From Eledone cirrhosa (lineage: Eukaryota): 64,000 nucleotides of DNA. Below the pieces are notes generated by a model that worked only from the letters and a program-made list of their open reading frames with translations, was not told where the DNA came from and ran no database searches. Positions within the stretch are counted from its first letter, which is position 1. Each line of letters starts with the position of its first letter. The stretch lies in the NCBI GenBank assembly GCA_964016885.1, contig CAXHJY010001387.1, positions 90,469 to 154,468 of the forward strand. Direction: 5' to 3'. Both the position numbers and the translations under genes were made by a program. Positions 57,401 to 64,000 of the stretch are shown one piece after another.

Positions 57401-57734
57401 TTAAAAAAAGAGAAAAAAACAGGAAGAGACAGGATAGACTGCGTCTTTCGACGAATCACAAATAAACCAAACAAATTCTACAAACCAATGTGCTTCAATT
57501 GAAAAGGAAGACATAAAAACGCGGTGTGTGATAGCTTCACCAAGAAGAGAGGAATAGAAATAAATAGTTTGGATTATAGTCCTACGAAAAGAGGGTACAG
57601 AACGAATAATGACTAGTCCAGCCACTGAGAGAAATGAGGCCGTCATATTATGTATATAAATATATTGTTGAATCATTAAGTCTGGCGAGTAGATCGTTGC
57701 TGGAGTCGGGTACATAGCTTCCATTTGTGATTTT

Positions 57735-58925
57735 GAGCCAATCTTCGGACATTTCCTGGTTGATTTTCGTTCCCGTAAGCGCTTCATATTCCCTTAGACC
57801 AATGCCGATCACCTCAGTGTGTTTGAGGCTCGACACTACGACTGTGATGTCCTCAGCATAAGCCGACACAGATCCTCCGTGTTCCTGTTCGCGCGGGATG
57901 ACCCTTAACGTCTCTAATTTGTGTAGTAGTGGCTCGAGAGTCAATACATACAACAAGGACGGGAGGGACAGCTTTGGCCAACCGAGCGCATGAGGTTGAG
58001 CGGTTCTGAGAGGTGACCCTTCACTCTCACCACAGAGCAGATCCATCCTCTTAAAACGAACCCAAAGCCTACTGCTTTGAGGACCGCCGCCAGGTACCGA
58101 TGGTCGACCCTATCGAACACTTTGAATTGATCCAAATTGATCAGTGCCCCGCCCGTGCCAGGTTCTTTAGCCACTCTCTCTATGATGTATCGCATGAGAT
58201 GGAGGTTGTCATGGATGGGTCTCTTGGGAATGGCACATATCTGCGCGTCCCTTATCTGACCACTGACGACAAGTGCCAACTTCGTTGCTAACACCTTGGT
58301 CAGAATTTTGAACTCTGCATTCAGCAGAGTTATGGGCCTAAAATTATCTATATTGTCTCCCTTCTTCGGGTCTCTTCTCTGCAGCCCCACCACTCCATGG
58401 CATACAGAACTGGGAATTCTCCAGTTCTGCTGCCAGTTGCAGTAGACGCCTGACAAAAGGTTACCGAACAAGTCTGGCATGTAAACGTAAAGCTTGCAGG
58501 GCATGTTTACATTGGCGCATTCGGAAAATCAAATCGGTACCTATCAGACAGTTGGAAGTGTCCGAGCAGGTTTGCCAGGCTTTTTCCAGCATAATCTAAG
58601 ATACCGTTCCAGTCGCCCACTAAGACTAATGAGCGAGACGTTCCTAGAAAGTTTTCCAGGCGTCGGAAGAAATGTGTGTGTGGGGGGCGTGTTTGTGTGT
58701 GATGGTGTATGGTTTGGGGTGTAAACAAATTTTGACAATGTTGAAAAAGACAGATAATAATACAAATTAAAACAAAGTTCCTTAATAGAGAGACGTTCGC
58801 GGGTTACTTGTGGAAAAAAACTCTATAAAACAATGGGTGACCTGATCTCTAGGTTAAGTGCCCTATACCAGTTGTTCTCCTCTAATTTACAGGCTCGCGC
58901 TCAGAACGGGCCCATTCACTCGTAA
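57735..58925 (-). mobile_element. Degenerate fragments of the Tx1/L1-like family
   Basis: RT piece 57735-58505, APE piece 58505-58670 and 3' end 58700-58925 are each homologous to 19157-22819. Confidence 0.85.
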
Positions 58926-59206
58926 ATACCTGCATCGAATGCTTCAGTCACTGTCCTCAGGAAGCAAAATTTGTTCTTAAAATGGTCTAGACCGGATTAA
59001 TTGGATTTATTTTCTTCGATTTTTCAACTTAAACTTTGGGCTCCCTGTGTAACACAAGTTGCTTACCTTAGTTTTTTTTTATAGTACCTCCCTTTTCACA
59101 TCAAGGGATTTATCTGTTTATAGATACATTTTGGATTACCTATACCTTAGAACCGTCCTATACTTTTTAAAATCTCCTTCGTGGGAAGTCGTTTTTATGT
59201 ATATGA

Positions 59207-59255
59207 CAAGTTGAATGAGTTGGGGGTGAATAACCCAACGAAACTTAAGTACCTG
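59207..59255 (+). ncRNA. Degenerate hammerhead in a PLE terminal fragment (~59000-59345)
   Basis: caag-TTGAATGA-GTTGGG..CCCAAC-GAAAC-TTAA-GTA^-cctg, then TATACTT..CTGAGTGC tail and (TA)n. Confidence 0.6.
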
Positions 59256-59706
59256 TACATGTAACTTTTGTAACTAATTATACTTAACTCGACATATGAA
59301 CTGAGTGCTCTAATGCTTGGATATTTAAACCAATTTCACCACAGTATATATATATATATATATATAGTGTACTCCCGGCATTTGCGATCCCGGTTATTCG
59401 TGGAATTTTCCTTAGAATCTAACTAATAACTATTCATGGAAACCATTACATGTTCGTGGAATCGTAAATATCTTCCGCGATTTTCTAATGGCTATTTTTC
59501 GTGGCAATATATACTTTTTTCATGCTTTTTAACGCTAAATTATTAATAACAATATACCGAATTTTCCGTTATGTTTTGACGTTTAGAGGCATTTTTGTGA
59601 ACCATGTCCAATATTCGTGGTTTTTCACTCTTAGCGGGTGCTCTAGGAACGTAACCCCGCGAATACCGGGGGACAGCTGTATATATATATATATATTTTT
59701 TTTTTT

Positions 59707-60000
59707 GTGACCCCCTACGGTCACGAATGACCATGGGATTTGCACCTAAAACGTTTCCCTCCCAGGCACAAGTCTGGGCAAGGTTGTTTGTGGAAGACCA
59801 GCAGTCGCCCATGCACACCAGTCTCCCCTCTCTATGCCACTGATGTTGTCCAAGGGAAAGGCAATGGCCGACACATATTGGTACCTGTGACGTCGCAACT
59901 CATTTCTACAGCTGAGTAAACTGCAGCAACGCGAAATAAAGTGTCTCGCTCAAGGACACAACGCATCACAACCTTCCGATTGCAAGCTCAATGCTCTACG
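59707..60000 (-). mobile_element. CORE-like SINE with RTE-type 3' tail
   Basis: ttgtgtccttgagcgagacactt block; catggtcattcgtgac 3' end. Confidence 0.7.
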
Positions 60001-62460
<2,460 letters not shown>

Positions 62461-63885
62461 AGAAAGATCGAGTATCGAAAAAATCGGCGCACGAGTTTCA
62501 CGAAAAAACGAAATTCGATATGAGCGGCAGAGGGCTCAATAATTCAGATGAATCAGAGCTATAAACTATCGTTAAAATACCGTCACATATAGAACAAGTC
62601 TACAATCAACCATACGATTTAAAATCGATAAAGGAAGATTCGGGCCAAACAGATAAAAAAATATCAATAAAAACAATACGTCAATAATTTAAATGAATGT
62701 AAAATCATACCCGGACCCACTAGAAAGGTGTTAAAATCTAGCTTCATGGGTTTCTGTAAATCCTTAGACAGTACTCTATCAGCTCACATATAAATATAAA
62801 AGCCTACTAGAATAAGTGGAACGGAGTTTACGTTGTCAACGAGTTTTATCCTGGCGGCAAAGGAGTCAACTAGCGGTGAAAAAACGCACATGGCATTAGA
62901 CAAGGGAGATGACCCCTATATCCGCGAAAACAATTCGAGTGAATGTGGAAATACACATATCGAATTAGAGTGCTCAATAGACATGTTAAAATAAAAACAA
63001 AAGCTATTCATCACTCAATAGGATCGACAAAAAAATGAGCAATAAAAATTAACTGGTGGATAGCTATGTCCAGAGCTAAATATATTAGAAAGATCGAGTA
63101 TCGAAAAAATCGGCGCACGAGTTCACGAAAAAACGAAATTCGATATGAGCGGCAGAGGGGCTCAATAATTCAGATGAATCAGAGCTATAACTATCGTTAA
63201 AAATACCGTCACATATAGAACAAGTCTACAATCAACCATACGATTTAAAATCGATAAAGGAAGATTCGGGCCAAACAGATAAAAAATATCAATAAAACAA
63301 TACGTCAATAATTTAAATGAATGTAAAATCATACCCGGACCCACTAGAAAGGTGTTAAATCTAGCTTCATGGGTTTCTGTAAATCCTTAGACAGTACTCT
63401 ATCAGCTCACATATAAATATAAAAGCCTACTAGAATAAGTGGAACGGAGTTTACGTTGTCAACGAGTTTTATCCTGGCGGCAAAGGAGTCAACTAGCGGT
63501 GAAAAAACGCACATGGCATTAGACAAGGGAGATGACCCCTATATCCGCGAAAAACAATTCGAGTGAATGTGGAAATACACATATCGAATTAGAGTGCTCA
63601 ATAGACATGTTAAAATAAAACAAAAGCTATTCATCACTCAATAGGATCGACAAAAAAATGAGCAATAAAAATTAACTGGTGGATAGCTATGTCCAGAGCT
63701 AAATATATTAGAAAGATCGAGTATCGAAAAATCGGCGCACGAGTTTCACGAAAAACGAAATTCGATATGAGCGGCAGAGGGCTCAATAATTCAGATGAAT
63801 CAGAGCTATAACTATCGTTAAAATACCGTCACATATAGAACAAGTCTACAATCAACCATACGATTTAAAATCGATAAAGGAAGAT
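62461..63885 (-). mobile_element. F1 hammerhead tandem element (~625-bp unit x2.3); hammerheads at 62709-62844 and 63333-63467
   Basis: Unit starts 62461/63087/63710; actcg-TTGACAA-C-GTAAA..TTTAC-A-GAAAC-CCA..TGG-GTC^-cgggt. Confidence 0.85.
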
Positions 63886-63914
63886 ATATAATATATATAT
63901 ATATTATATATATA

Positions 63915-63956
<42 letters not shown>

Positions 63957-64000
63957 CCGCTCAAGGACACAACGCATCACAACCTTCCGATTGCAATATA

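Noticed and set aside
57488-57535. Degenerate zinc knuckle CFN*KGRHKNAVC
   Set aside because: Too short and interrupted to assign to an element.

Overview
Repeat-saturated animal genomic DNA. The SINE, MITE and microsatellite content looks like an octopod cephalopod (inference). I found no convincing host gene; nearly all short ORFs in the track are microsatellite artefacts. Recognisable elements: a near full-length RTE LINE, a full-length Tx1/L1-like LINE with intact ORF2, R4/Dong and CRE fragments, tRNA-derived SINEs, mariner/pogo/piggyBac-type MITEs, non-autonomous Helitrons, and many Penelope-like element (PLE) pieces. The main signal is a (TA)n-targeting retroelement system with four parts. 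(1) PLEs with RT + C-terminal GIY-YIG and a CxCx5Cx5C linker (Hydra-clade-like). (2) At least three unrelated non-coding families of 570-660 bp head-to-tail units, each carrying an expanded type I hammerhead ribozyme, several with a U3-A8 core covariation. (3) Eight small palindromic insertions whose inversion point lies in the hammerhead. (4) One covarying bulged hairpin (RCTC-stem-loop-stem-2nt-GAGY) next to the TA junction in nearly all of them, a candidate shared RT recognition/initiation signal. About 20 hammerhead motifs were folded by eye; none was computed or tested.
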